Shown one piece after another: positions 9,405 through 19,152 of a stretch of 64,000 bases of DNA. Position 1 is the stretch's first letter; the number at the start of each line of letters is the position of its first letter. The notes beneath the pieces were generated by a model that saw only the letters and a program-made list of their open reading frames with translations, was not told where the DNA came from and made no database searches. The position numbers and the translations under genes are program-made. Origin of the DNA: Nitrospirota bacterium (lineage in GTDB: Bacteria > Nitrospirota > Thermodesulfovibrionia > Thermodesulfovibrionales > Dissulfurispiraceae); contig CAWBMP010000003.1 of the NCBI GenBank assembly GCA_963790025.1, positions 192,001 to 256,000 on the forward strand, in the 5' to 3' direction.

Positions 9405-9850
9405 TATTTCATCACCACCGATCCGACTACCGGATCAATAATAATTCTGATTTCCTTTTTTTTACCGGCAAGTATGATTGTTCCACCCTGCACCGGACCT
9501 GCCGGCTGAAATGTCAGGGAGTATGTCCCCTTCCTGATCTCACCGGCATAAGGGTCCAGCACCCTTACGGTAATATCCGAATCAATGCTTTTACGGCTGC
9601 GACCATCTATGCCGTACTGTCTTGCATCGAGGTCAATATACAGTTTCTTGCCTGCGCCGTCAATCTGCGTAAGCTGATGGGCATAATGGATAGTTGCAGA
9701 CAACTCACGCGCCGCAGCACTTAGCTTGTTTGCCGTCAATGTATTTGAGAAAAAAAGCGTGGTAAGTCCCATTATGAGCGCGATAAGGACCATGACGATC
9801 AGCATTTCAAGCAGCGTAAAGCCATGTTTGTTCACTATACAGAACCCCAA
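9404..9850 (-). CDS. gspH: T2SS minor pseudopilin GspH
   Basis: HG|FTLLEMLIVM, LSAAARELSATIHYA, TFQPAG...GGTIIL, IIIDPVVG. Confidence 0.85.
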   Translation of the reverse strand: MGFCIVNKHGFTLLEMLIVMVLIALIMGLTTLFFSNTLTANKLSAAARELSATIHYAHQLTQIDGAGKKLYIDLDARQYGIDGRSRKSIDSDITVRVLDPYAGEIRKGTYSLTFQPAGPVQGGTIILAGKKKEIRIIIDPVVGSVVMK

Positions 9851-9856
9851 ATGAAA

Positions 9857-9965
9857 TTAACCAAAGAAGCACCGAGACACAGAGAAAAAATTGTTCATTA
9901 AAAAGGCTTTTCGATTTTTAACTATCATCATCTTTTCTCTGTGCCTCCGTGTCTCTGTGTTTTAC
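9857..9965. repeat. Inverted-repeat element with CACAGAG-type subrepeats
   Basis: ttaaccaaagaagcaccgagacacagag ... ctctgtgcctccgtgtctctgtgtt; a related half copy lies at ~988-1016. Confidence 0.65.
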
Positions 9966-9973
9966 TTTACAGG

Positions 9974-11164
9974 TTAAAACGGAAGGTCCGTTATGCTGAA
10001 TATAGCGGTCAGCATCGAAATAACAATGAACCCGATCACCAGCCCCATCCCGAGGATCAAAGCCGGTTCCAGAAAGCTGATAAGCCTCTTGACCGAAGAC
10101 TTCAGGCTCTTCTCATAAGTAGAGGCAACCCTTATCAGCATCGTATCCAATTGTCCTGTCTCTTCACCAACCTTGACCATCGAGAGTGCCAGTTGCGGAA
10201 ATACCTGCGTGGCGGCAAGAGGTCCTGCTATCCCCTTGCCTTCCTTGGCGCCTCTGGAGACGGCATCAATGGCGGATGCGATGACCTGGTTGCTTATAAT
10301 ATCTTTGGCATTTGAGAGCGCCAGAAGCAGGGGCACCCCGCTCTGAAGCAGCGTTCCCAGTGTCCTGCAGAACCGGGCGGTCTCTATTTTTGTGATTATG
10401 TCACTCAGCAATTTGAGCTTGACGGCGTCGAACCTGTACCTGCCTTCTGCGGTCCTGATATAACCCTTGAATGCCAGCCATATACCAAACACGCCCGCAG
10501 CCATCAGCCACCAGTATGATTTCAAAACGTCGCTTACGGAAAGCAGTATTTGCGTCGAAAGCGGCAGGGCCGTTCCCATCTCTTTAAAAATCACGGCGAA
10601 TTTCGGCAGCACGTATGTGAGGAGGACCCCAATAGATATGCTGCTGGTGAGTATAAGTATCACCGGATAAATCATCGCGGAAACGATATGGTCTTTCAGT
10701 TCTTTTGAAGACTCCAGGAATTCATTTAGCTTGTCAAGTACCACGTCGACAACGCCGCCGGACTCGCCCGCCCGTATCATATTCACGTAAAGTCTCGGAA
10801 AGACCTTCGGATGGCGCTGCAGAGCATCGGAGAAAGAATTGCCCTCGCGCAGTGATTTCGCAATGCCCTGGACCACCCTTTTCATCTCTCCGCTTTCGGA
10901 TATCTCAGCCAATATGCCCAGGCTCCTGTCAAGGGGAAGTCCAGCTCCGAGCAATGCAGAGAGTTCAGCGGTGAAGGTCACGAGGTCGGCCGTGCCGGAC
11001 CTGAGGGAAAACCGTCTTTTCTTCTCTGCCTGGGCACTGATATTCAAAAGAATGACGCCCGACGTCTTGATCCGCTCCAGCGCTGCAGCCTCATCCATGG
11101 CTTCTATAAATCCATCGGTGACCGCACCGTCAGGGGATGCCGCCCTATATGAAAAAATCGCCAT
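9974..11164 (-). CDS. gspF: T2SS inner-membrane platform GspF
   Basis: AGLPLDRSL, FPRLYVNMIRAGESGG, SAMIYP, MVKVGEETGQLD, LEPALI. Confidence 0.95.
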   Translation of the reverse strand: MAIFSYRAASPDGAVTDGFIEAMDEAAALERIKTSGVILLNISAQAEKKRRFSLRSGTADLVTFTAELSALLGAGLPLDRSLGILAEISESGEMKRVVQGIAKSLREGNSFSDALQRHPKVFPRLYVNMIRAGESGGVVDVVLDKLNEFLESSKELKDHIVSAMIYPVILILTSSISIGVLLTYVLPKFAVIFKEMGTALPLSTQILLSVSDVLKSYWWLMAAGVFGIWLAFKGYIRTAEGRYRFDAVKLKLLSDIITKIETARFCRTLGTLLQSGVPLLLALSNAKDIISNQVIASAIDAVSRGAKEGKGIAGPLAATQVFPQLALSMVKVGEETGQLDTMLIRVASTYEKSLKSSVKRLISFLEPALILGMGLVIGFIVISMLTAIFSITDLPF

Positions 11165-12675
11165 CAGCCTTCCTGCGTCACCCTAAGCAGTTCACTCAGA
11201 GTAGTCATGCCGGCCTTTATCTTTTCAACTCCATCTTCAAGCAGGGTCTTCATCCCGTTGCGCCGTGCCAATTCCCTGATCTTGTTTGCATCCACATTGT
11301 GCACGATAAGGTTGCGCAAATCATCGTCCACCACGATCAGCTCGAATATTCCTATCCGGCCGCGGTATCCCGTAAAAGAACACTTATCACATCCGCGCCC
11401 CTTATATGCGTCTGAAATCCGGAGGGCGCCATACTCTGCCGATGCCTGATCGGGCTCTTTGCATGAGGGACAGATTGATCTTACAAGTCTCTGTGCAAGT
11501 ATTCCGCGTATAGTGGATGTCAGCAGGAACTTCTCTACACCCATGTCATGCAGTCTGGTGATGGCGCTTGGGGCGTCATTGGTGTGGAGTGTCGAGAAAA
11601 CAAGGTGGCCCGTGAGGGCCGCCTGGATCGCTATCTCCGCAGTATCGAGGTCTCTCGTTTCTCCTATCATTATGACATCGGGGTCCTGTCTGACTATATG
11701 CCTCAGCGTGTTTGCGAAATTCAGGCCGATTTGCGGCTTTATCTGCATCTGGTTGATCCCTTTGAGCTGGTACTCCACAGGATCTTCAACGGTAATGATC
11801 TTTTTATCAGGGGAGTTTATTTTGTCAAGCGCTCCATAGAGCGTAGTTGTCTTCCCGCTTCCCGTAGGGCCGGTTACAAGTACTATGCCGTTGGGCCTCG
11901 TGATCAACTGCTCAAAAGCAGCGAGTGTTTCCGGGAAAAAGCCGAGACGCTCAAGGTCAACTACAATACTTTCCTTATCCAGGATCCTCATCACCACGCT
12001 TTCACCATGCACGACGGGTATTGTAGAAATGCGCAGGTCAATTTCTTTTTCTCCCACTTTAAGCCGTATGCGGCCATCCTGCGGCAGTCTACGTTCGGCA
12101 ATATTCAGCTTTGCAGTAAGTTTGATTCTCGATACGATAGCAGCCTGCAGCTTTTTGGGCACCGATTCTATATCATGGAGGATGCCGTCAATGCGGTACC
12201 TGACTTTCATCTCATCCTGAAAAGGTTCGATGTGTATATCGCTTGCCCTGTTCTCAACAGCTCTGACTATAAGCATATTGACCAATTTGATTATGGGAGC
12301 CTCAGACGCAAGGTCTTTCAAATGCCCTACGTCCTCTTCATCATTTCTCAGAAACTCAAGCCCGCTCTTGTCGCCTATCTCTTCTATAAGCTTGTTTATG
12401 TCCTGCGATTCCTGTCCGTAGAATTTCGACATGTACTCGTCGAGCACACCGTTATCCACGCCGTATACTTTAATGTCTGCGGAGGTTGCGACACGGAGAG
12501 CATCGATAGTTGACCTGTCAGCAGGATCTGCCATAGCCACACTCAACACATTATTATTGAAATCCAGGAGCACTATCCTGCTCTCGCGGATAAAACGGGA
12601 GTTTATGCCCCCAAAAATAAAGGGGACCCTGGGCATTTCCTCAAGTTTCAGATAGGGTACTTCTTTAGTCATCAT
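11164..12675 (-). CDS. gspE: T2SS ATPase GspE
   Basis: ASDIHIEP, ERRLPQDGR, Walker A GPTGSGKTT, RQDPDVIMIGE, TGHLVFSTLHTN, tetra-Cys Zn motif. Confidence 0.95.
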   Translation of the reverse strand: MMTKEVPYLKLEEMPRVPFIFGGINSRFIRESRIVLLDFNNNVLSVAMADPADRSTIDALRVATSADIKVYGVDNGVLDEYMSKFYGQESQDINKLIEEIGDKSGLEFLRNDEEDVGHLKDLASEAPIIKLVNMLIVRAVENRASDIHIEPFQDEMKVRYRIDGILHDIESVPKKLQAAIVSRIKLTAKLNIAERRLPQDGRIRLKVGEKEIDLRISTIPVVHGESVVMRILDKESIVVDLERLGFFPETLAAFEQLITRPNGIVLVTGPTGSGKTTTLYGALDKINSPDKKIITVEDPVEYQLKGINQMQIKPQIGLNFANTLRHIVRQDPDVIMIGETRDLDTAEIAIQAALTGHLVFSTLHTNDAPSAITRLHDMGVEKFLLTSTIRGILAQRLVRSICPSCKEPDQASAEYGALRISDAYKGRGCDKCSFTGYRGRIGIFELIVVDDDLRNLIVHNVDANKIRELARRNGMKTLLEDGVEKIKAGMTTLSELLRVTQEG

Positions 12676-12741
12676 TGCTTTCTCTCAGTTCTTCAGCTTC
12701 TTGCCTTTCGCCTCGAACCTATAGCCTATTGCCTTGTCTTT

Positions 12742-13248
12742 TCATTCCCAGCTTACAACGTCCTTGTCTTCGCCTTCGCCCCCTGGATTGCCGTCTCTAC
12801 CAAAGGAATAAAGATCAAATTCTCCATGAGTGCCGGGGCAATCGTAGTGGTAAGGTCTTCCCCACGGGTCGTTAGGCACACCCTTTCTCAGATACGGCCC
12901 CTCCCATTTTTCGATTCCGGGATTAGCGACCAGGGCATTCAATCCCTCCTGTGAGGTTGGATATCTGCCGGTATCAAGCCTGAACTGGTCTAACGCTTGT
13001 TCGAACAACTCAATCTGCGCCTTTGCAGCACCTTGCTTCCCCTTTCCCAGTTTTGGAAAAAGCTGGGGCCCCACAAGTGCCGCCAAAAGACCCAAAATAA
13101 CCAGTACGACAAGCAGCTCTACAAGTGTAAATCCCTTCTCTCTCGCCCTAGCCCCAGAAAGTCTGCGACTTTCCGGAGACCCCCTTAGCACCCCAGAAAG
13201 TCTGCGACTTTCCGGAGACCCCGTTTCAATACAAGAGTTTCGCAGCAT
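12742..13248 (-). CDS. gspG: T2SS major pseudopilin GspG with 39-aa repeat-containing leader
   Basis: KG|FTLVELLVVLVILGLLAALVGP, FRLDTGRYPT, W.GPYL...P.DPWGRPY, SFGRDG. GGAGG SD favours a start at 13248/13251 over 13293. Confidence 0.95.
   Translation of the reverse strand: MLRNSCIETGSPESRRLSGVLRGSPESRRLSGARAREKGFTLVELLVVLVILGLLAALVGPQLFPKLGKGKQGAAKAQIELFEQALDQFRLDTGRYPTSQEGLNALVANPGIEKWEGPYLRKGVPNDPWGRPYHYDCPGTHGEFDLYSFGRDGNPGGEGEDKDVVSWE
13149..13222. repeat. Two tandem 35-bp palindromic units (39-bp period) in the gspG leader
   Basis: ccccagaaagtctgcgactttccggagacccc core in both 13149-13183 and 13188-13222; same family as 9287-9360. Confidence 0.95.
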
Positions 13249-13524
13249 CACTTGTTTCCTCCAAATGGCTTTCCAACTTCCATGTTTAGTCATGAATTAT
13301 ATATAGGAGACATTAAAAACATCACTCAATAAAAATAGAATATCTCTCTGTAAAGTATCACTAACAGAGCATACAAGTCAATGCGTTAACAATCCAGGAG
13401 TTCCCCCATTTTTTTAAAACTATAAAAGACCACTTCTTTAAAACTGTATCCGCTTATTCTTTAATGACTTATTTCTTTTATGCCCCTATTTTCGAGGGCA
13501 GTCCTGGTTAACAAACCCTGGATA

Positions 13525-14097
13525 CTAACACTTCTTTCGCCTGAAGCGGTGGACTGCCCAGACAGCGATACCGATACCTGATATCATAAACAACACAACG
13601 ACCTCAAAGTGTTTTACATCATGGATCAGCTTCTCAATGGCGTACCCGAAAAAATATCCCCCTGCGGAGACCACTACCGACCATATGAGCGCCCCTATGG
13701 CATTAAACAGGATAAAACGTTCCGCTTTTACGCCTTTGTTCATACCGAGGACTATCGGAGTCAGAATTCGAATGCCATACACAAATCTGAAGCCTACCAT
13801 TATGAGATCATGATACCGGGCCATAAGGCAGTGCACCTTATCAACGCGTTTTTCCCACAGTTTATGCCGTTCCAGCAATTGCCTGCCCTTGATCCGTCCT
13901 ATAAAGAAGTACAACTGGTCGCCGGAGAAACTCCCTATAAATGCAACCAGCATTACAGCAGACAGGTCAAGATACCCCAAACTGGCTACAACACCGCCTA
14001 TCAGCAATATCGTTTCTCCTTCAATAAACGTTCCTGCAAGCAAGGCATAGTAGCCGTATGTCTCTACAAGTGAGCGAAGCAGCGTACTTTTATCCAT
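13525..14097 (-). CDS. DedA-family membrane protein
   Basis: YGYYALLAGTFIEGET, GDQLYFFIGR, FRFVYGIRIL; start coupled to the nupC stop (TAATG). Confidence 0.9.
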   Translation of the reverse strand: MDKSTLLRSLVETYGYYALLAGTFIEGETILLIGGVVASLGYLDLSAVMLVAFIGSFSGDQLYFFIGRIKGRQLLERHKLWEKRVDKVHCLMARYHDLIMVGFRFVYGIRILTPIVLGMNKGVKAERFILFNAIGALIWSVVVSAGGYFFGYAIEKLIHDVKHFEVVVLFMISGIGIAVWAVHRFRRKKC

Positions 14098-15359
14098 TAC
14101 CTGAGAATCCCGATCACGGCCCCAGTCATGCACGTGGCGAGCGTTCCGGCAATGAGAGACCTGATTCCAAGTCCCACGATCTCGGTGCGGCGCTCAGGTA
14201 CCATGCTGCCGAGCCCGCCGATAAGTATGCCGAGACTGCCGAAATTTGCGAAGCTGCTCAGGGCATAGGTCATGATCAATCTGGACCGGGGACTGAGTGC
14301 TTCAGGCGGAAGCTTGGCCAGATCCAGAAAGGCAAGCAGTTCATTAAGAATTGTCTTCGTGCCCATCAGGGACCCTGCAGTTTGCGCCTCTGACCATGGA
14401 ATGCCGAAAAGCCAGACAACAGGGGCCATAACGAAGCCCAACAATCGCTGCAATGTAACAGGTTCGCCTGCTATGGCCGGCAGGAGACCGAGCACAACAT
14501 TAACAAAATGGACCAGCGCAACCATGACTACCAGCATTGCAACTATGTTTAAAAGAAGCTGGAGGGCATCGATTGTACCTTTCACAATTGCATCCATAGC
14601 GCTTGTGGCCGTTTGACGCGGTATTAGAGAGCCGTTAGTTTGATTTCCGCACTCCGGCACCATGATGCGCGCTATCGTGATCGCCGCCGCCACATGTATA
14701 AAGGAAGCGGTGAGAATATTTCCAAGAGGATCGGGAATAACTCCTTGCAGAATGGTTGAATATAAAACCATTACTGTTCCGGCTATACAGGCCATTCCGC
14801 ATACCATCAGGGAGAAAATCTCGCTCCTTGTCATTTCCTGCAAATACGGCTTTATAACCAGGGGGGACTCCACCATCCCCAAAAAAATCGTTGTCGAAGC
14901 CCCGAGTCCCAGGGCGCCGCCGATATTCAGCGTCTTTTGCAGCACCACCGAAAATGCCCTGACAATATACGGCATAATTTTCCAGTAGAAGAAAAGGGAC
15001 GAAAGAGCTCCAATCACCAATACCAGTGGAAGCGCCTGAAACGCCAGGACGAAGGTAGCGACCGGATCCTTGACAAAAAACGGCGGAGCAGCGCCGCCGA
15101 TATAACCAAACACGAATGAAGTTCCTGCCCTGGTGGATTCCTCAAGGGAAAGGACCAACCCGTTTAGAAACAGGAAAAAACTTTTGAAGAACGGGACGTA
15201 AAGCAGGAGTGCCGCAATACTTATCTGAACAATAATTCCGGCAAGCACTCCCCGGTAATTGACCTTCCCCCTGTTTTCGCTGATAGTCCAGGCAATGCAT
15301 GTAAGTACCAGCAGCCCGGCCATTCCCTGAAAGTGCATCAGCCGCTCCTCGTCGATCAC
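14097..15359 (-). CDS. nupC: Concentrative Na+/H+:nucleoside transporter (NupC/CNT)
   Basis: AGTSFVFG, IFLGMVESPL, GTKTILNELLAF, YALSSFANFGSLGI. Confidence 0.9.
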   Translation of the reverse strand: MIDEERLMHFQGMAGLLVLTCIAWTISENRGKVNYRGVLAGIIVQISIAALLLYVPFFKSFFLFLNGLVLSLEESTRAGTSFVFGYIGGAAPPFFVKDPVATFVLAFQALPLVLVIGALSSLFFYWKIMPYIVRAFSVVLQKTLNIGGALGLGASTTIFLGMVESPLVIKPYLQEMTRSEIFSLMVCGMACIAGTVMVLYSTILQGVIPDPLGNILTASFIHVAAAITIARIMVPECGNQTNGSLIPRQTATSAMDAIVKGTIDALQLLLNIVAMLVVMVALVHFVNVVLGLLPAIAGEPVTLQRLLGFVMAPVVWLFGIPWSEAQTAGSLMGTKTILNELLAFLDLAKLPPEALSPRSRLIMTYALSSFANFGSLGILIGGLGSMVPERRTEIVGLGIRSLIAGTLATCMTGAVIGILR

Positions 15360-15470
15360 AATATTATTCTCGGATAGCGCTGATTATTTTACCATGTCAG
15401 CTTTTTTTCCGTACAATGAGCACGCGGCGCAGAGGACTACTTCACCAGGTCTTTCAGATTGGAGCAGGGG

Positions 15471-16148
15471 TTAGACGAACTCTATCCCTGCCCTGAACAT
15501 ATTATTATCTATCAGAACTGTGTTCCTGACGAAGCCCGCCACATAATCGATTCCATCCATGATTGCATCGAAGCTGATCAAAGAGCCGGGTTTGACCGGG
15601 TAAGCGGTATTAATGCCCATTCCTGCCTTGCTCACATCAACTATATACCCGTTGTGATAGAGTATTTCAATATCATCCGGGCAGTTTACCCTGAACATGA
15701 TCGCCTTGAAACATGCCGTGCGCTCAATGCGCCTCCACTCATTTACAGGTGGTATGGTACCGGCGGCGGAATCAGGGAAGGCCATGCCGTTTTCCATGAG
15801 TTGTTGTGTGATTGCTTTTACATATGCCAGTTCAAAGGGTTTGGGAATGAAAAGATAGGAATTTTTTTCTATCAGTTCCTTTGTTGCATCGTCAATGCAT
15901 GAGGCTGACATAACGAGTATCTTGGATTCAGGAGAGTGTTGTTTGATTTTCAGCATCACATCGAGGCCGTTCATATCCGGGAGACGCAAATCGAGAAAAC
16001 AGAGCTGATAAAAACAGCGGCGGCTCTCTTCTACGGCATCAGAGCCATTGTTGACGGTTTTTACTTCCAATCCATCGCCCTTGAGCGCCTTTGCCAACGA
16101 AAAGAGAATCAGCGGCTCGTCATCTACTATCAATATCTTCTTCATCAC
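15471..16148 (-). CDS. Response regulator receiver fused to PilZ domain
   Basis: ILIVDDE, FLDLRLPDMNG, KPF; C-terminal RRIER (RxxxR) and DVSKAG (DxSxxG). Confidence 0.85.
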   Translation of the reverse strand: MMKKILIVDDEPLILFSLAKALKGDGLEVKTVNNGSDAVEESRRCFYQLCFLDLRLPDMNGLDVMLKIKQHSPESKILVMSASCIDDATKELIEKNSYLFIPKPFELAYVKAITQQLMENGMAFPDSAAGTIPPVNEWRRIERTACFKAIMFRVNCPDDIEILYHNGYIVDVSKAGMGINTAYPVKPGSLISFDAIMDGIDYVAGFVRNTVLIDNNMFRAGIEFV

Positions 16149-16158
16149 GGTTTATTAA

Positions 16159-16174
16159 TGCAAGTGTGATACCG
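16159..16174 (-). promoter_or_regulatory. Candidate sigma-54 promoter for the REC-PilZ gene
   Basis: Minus strand CGGTAT-CACAC-TTGCA (GG-N10-GC). Confidence 0.5.
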
Positions 16175-16398
16175 CATTTGCCGGGAGGTCCAATACTTGC
16201 ATAATGCTACTGAAATTCGTTGTTTATAAATGAGTTCCAGTGACGGTTGCCTTTTGAAGCGGCTAACTGCGGTGCTACGAATATGGTCAAATAGCTATAT
16301 GCTCCTGTGATATGACCTATTGGCATCACTTCTTTTGTCTGTTTTTTTTGTGTTAAAATAGAATCGCGTTTAAAGACGAAGTTTAGCAGGAGTTTATT

Positions 16399-17751
16399 GT
16401 GCAAGAAAAAAACCGGAAAAAGATATCGTGTGTTCAGTGCATCATGGGAATAGTTTTACTCTTGACAATGTTAGTTGCTTCAGGCGCTAAAGTCTTTGCT
16501 GAAGAGGGCTGCGTAACTGGAAAATGCCACACTTCGATAACATCGGGGGCGGTCGTGCACGCTGTGGCCTCGTCCTGTGATTCCTGCCATGAAGCGGTCA
16601 GCAAGCAGCATCCGCAAAAATCGGTAAAGACATTCAAGCTTGTGCAGGAACCACCCGGGCTCTGCGCAACATGCCATGCGCCGTTCGGCTCCAAAAAATA
16701 TGTCCATACCGCGGTTAAAAACGGCATGTGCACCTCGTGCCATGACCCGCACTCCTCCGCCCAGCAGAAGCTGCTTGTGAAAAAGCCGGACGAACTTTGC
16801 GGAATGTGCCATCCGGACAAGACGGAGTTCAAATATATGCACGGACCGGCAGCGGCCGGCGATTGTTTGATGTGCCACAATCCGCATGAATCCGACAATA
16901 AAGCGCAGACCGTGAAATCCGGCGCCGACATATGCTTCAGCTGCCACGTAGATATGCAAAAAGAATTGAAAAAGGCGCACGTCCACCCTGCAATGGAAAA
17001 CGGCTGTACCTCCTGTCACAATCCGCACGGCTCCTCATTCAGAAAGTTTTTCGCCGCGGAAGGCAACGAACTTTGCTTCCAGTGCCATCCGGAGATCGAA
17101 GAAAAGATAAAAGGGGCGGCGATCGTGCATGCTCCCATAAAGAGCGCATCGGGTTGCGTTTCGTGCCATTCTCCGCATGCAAGCGATGCAGAAAAGCTCC
17201 TTCCGAAATCTGGCAAGGATTTATGCCTTTCGTGCCACACCAAGCTGCTGAAAAAAACAGACACGGTGCTTCACGGTCCTATTAAAGAGGGCAAATGCAC
17301 GCCCTGCCATGATCCGCACGGGTCTGTTAATGCAAGGCTTCTGATAAAGGAGTTCCCAACGGACATGTACGTGCCGTACACCGAGAATGAGTATGCTCTC
17401 TGTTTCTCCTGCCACAAAAGGGACCTCCTTCTCTTTCCCGAGACCTCTTTTGCCACGGGCTTCAGGGACGGTGACAGAAACCTCCATTATCTCCATGTGA
17501 ACAGGAAGGAAAAAGGCAGGAGTTGCGTGATATGCCATGCGCTTCACGGAGGCACACTGCCGAAGTTGATAAACGAGAATGCCAAGTTCGGGAATTGGAA
17601 CTTGCCAATCAAATTTGAGAAAACGGAAAACGGAGGGGGTTGTTCTCCGGGATGCCATAGTCCGTTCGGCTATGACAGGAAGAATCCGGTAAAAGGAGGT
17701 CAGCCGGTGCCGACAAAAGAGAAAGAAAAGGAAAAAGGGAAAAAACAGTAA
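16399..17751 (+). CDS. Periplasmic multiheme cytochrome c (13 CXXCH plus CX4CH and CX3CH), paired-CXXCH type
   Basis: Signal peptide; repeated H-x-P...CxxCHxPH...LL...LCxxCH units; AGGAG SD before GTG. Confidence 0.9.
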   Translation: MQEKNRKKISCVQCIMGIVLLLTMLVASGAKVFAEEGCVTGKCHTSITSGAVVHAVASSCDSCHEAVSKQHPQKSVKTFKLVQEPPGLCATCHAPFGSKKYVHTAVKNGMCTSCHDPHSSAQQKLLVKKPDELCGMCHPDKTEFKYMHGPAAAGDCLMCHNPHESDNKAQTVKSGADICFSCHVDMQKELKKAHVHPAMENGCTSCHNPHGSSFRKFFAAEGNELCFQCHPEIEEKIKGAAIVHAPIKSASGCVSCHSPHASDAEKLLPKSGKDLCLSCHTKLLKKTDTVLHGPIKEGKCTPCHDPHGSVNARLLIKEFPTDMYVPYTENEYALCFSCHKRDLLLFPETSFATGFRDGDRNLHYLHVNRKEKGRSCVICHALHGGTLPKLINENAKFGNWNLPIKFEKTENGGGCSPGCHSPFGYDRKNPVKGGQPVPTKEKEKEKGKKQ

Positions 17752-18335
17752 TGGAACAGCACCAGTCAAACGAAACGGTTGAACGGTCTTATCCTTACCG
17801 GGTCGCGGTCCAATGCACGGTCACCTTTCTGTCCGGGCTGCTCCTGACCTCGCTTGTCATCTGGCTTTATTCCTACAGGGTACCGGCTGCGTCCTATGCG
17901 GAGAATTACAAAATTCTTTCGCAGCTCAGAAACGAGATTGTCTGCTCATCGCTTGTTATTTACACGGTAACGTCACTCTTCATTATTGGAAGTATCGCTG
18001 TACTTTCCCTGCTTTATTCCCATAGAGTAGCGGGTCCGCTCTATAAACTCGGCTTGTTCGTGCGCAAGACAGCTCTTGGAGATTTTACCGGGAGCGTAAC
18101 ATTCAGGCAGACGGACGTTATTCATCCGCTTGCCGAGGATGTCAATGAACTCATCGCTTTCTACCGTGCAACAGTTACTCAACTGGAAACCAAGGCACAT
18201 GAACTGGACAGCGCCGCCCGGGTGATAAGCGACGCCGCCCTGCCGCCCTCCCGCGATGAACTGCAGAAGGTGATCGTTGATATCTGCGGAAAAGCCGATG
18301 AAATCGGGGACATACTGAGCCATTTCAGGTTATGA
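17751..18335 (+). CDS. Two-TM HAMP-domain protein without output domain
   Basis: Two hydrophobic helices, SHRVAGPLYKL...GDFT..VTFRQTD HAMP, short coiled coil. Confidence 0.75.
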   Translation: MEQHQSNETVERSYPYRVAVQCTVTFLSGLLLTSLVIWLYSYRVPAASYAENYKILSQLRNEIVCSSLVIYTVTSLFIIGSIAVLSLLYSHRVAGPLYKLGLFVRKTALGDFTGSVTFRQTDVIHPLAEDVNELIAFYRATVTQLETKAHELDSAARVISDAALPPSRDELQKVIVDICGKADEIGDILSHFRL

Positions 18336-19150
18336 GCCGCGAGAAAGTTCTTTTCCTGACTTTTTTGCTGCTCTCTGGTGCATTAGTTTATAGTATGGGA
18401 AAAGACCCGCATTCATTCCCGCAGTCTGAATGTTTGAATTGCCATTCAGTGGACGCGTCCGGAACGGTCGCCAAACATACGAGGGAGCCTGTTACAATAG
18501 TCTGTAAAAAATGCCATGAAGACGTTTTTTCAAAAGGGTACATTCACCCCGTTAACGTCCGGCCCGGTTCTGTTAAAGTTCCCAGAGACATGCCGCTATC
18601 TGCATCCGGTGAAATCACTTGCAGCACATGCCATAATATGCACACGCCGGGTCTTACGCCGTTCGGAACAAAATCATACTATCTGCGGCGCTTTGAATCC
18701 GGGAAAAAATTCTGCGAGGCGTGTCACAAGAGAGGGCCCGGAACAGAATCACACCAGGCGGCCCTTGGGGAGGCCCACTTCAGCGCAAAATATATTATTA
18801 CCGACCCTTCGCAAAAGCTAGATTCCATGTCGAAGGACTGCATCTCCTGCCACGACGGTTCATTCTCGTCATCGGTCATGGCCGCAGGGACGTGGCAGCA
18901 TGGCAGGGACTTCTTAAGGTTCGACAAGGGAGGGCATCCCATCGGTGTCGATTATGAAGAGGCAAGGACACGTAGAGGGTCGAAGTCGGACCTTAAGCCT
19001 ATCGGTGCGGTTGACCGTCGGCTGCGTTTTTTTAACGGCAGGGTCGGGTGCGGTACCTGTCACAATCCCTACTCGACAATAGAAAAACAACTTGTGATGA
19101 GCGACAGGGAAAGCAGGCTCTGCTTTTCATGCCATTCCATGGGGAGGTAG
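18332..19150 (+). CDS. Heptaheme cytochrome c
   Basis: 7 CXXCH (CLNCH, CKKCH, CSTCH, CEACH, CISCH, CGTCH, CFSCH); N-terminal hydrophobic segment. Confidence 0.9.
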   Translation: MSREKVLFLTFLLLSGALVYSMGKDPHSFPQSECLNCHSVDASGTVAKHTREPVTIVCKKCHEDVFSKGYIHPVNVRPGSVKVPRDMPLSASGEITCSTCHNMHTPGLTPFGTKSYYLRRFESGKKFCEACHKRGPGTESHQAALGEAHFSAKYIITDPSQKLDSMSKDCISCHDGSFSSSVMAAGTWQHGRDFLRFDKGGHPIGVDYEEARTRRGSKSDLKPIGAVDRRLRFFNGRVGCGTCHNPYSTIEKQLVMSDRESRLCFSCHSMGR

Positions 19151-19152
19151 CG

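Noticed and set aside
9287..13222. 35-bp palindromic repeats as a CRISPR array
   Set aside because: Only two copies per site, 4-bp spacers, inside CDSs, and no cas genes in the window.
16320..16340. Sigma-54 promoter for the 16399 operon (TTGGCATCAC...)
   Set aside because: The -24 element is present but there is no GC at the -12 position.
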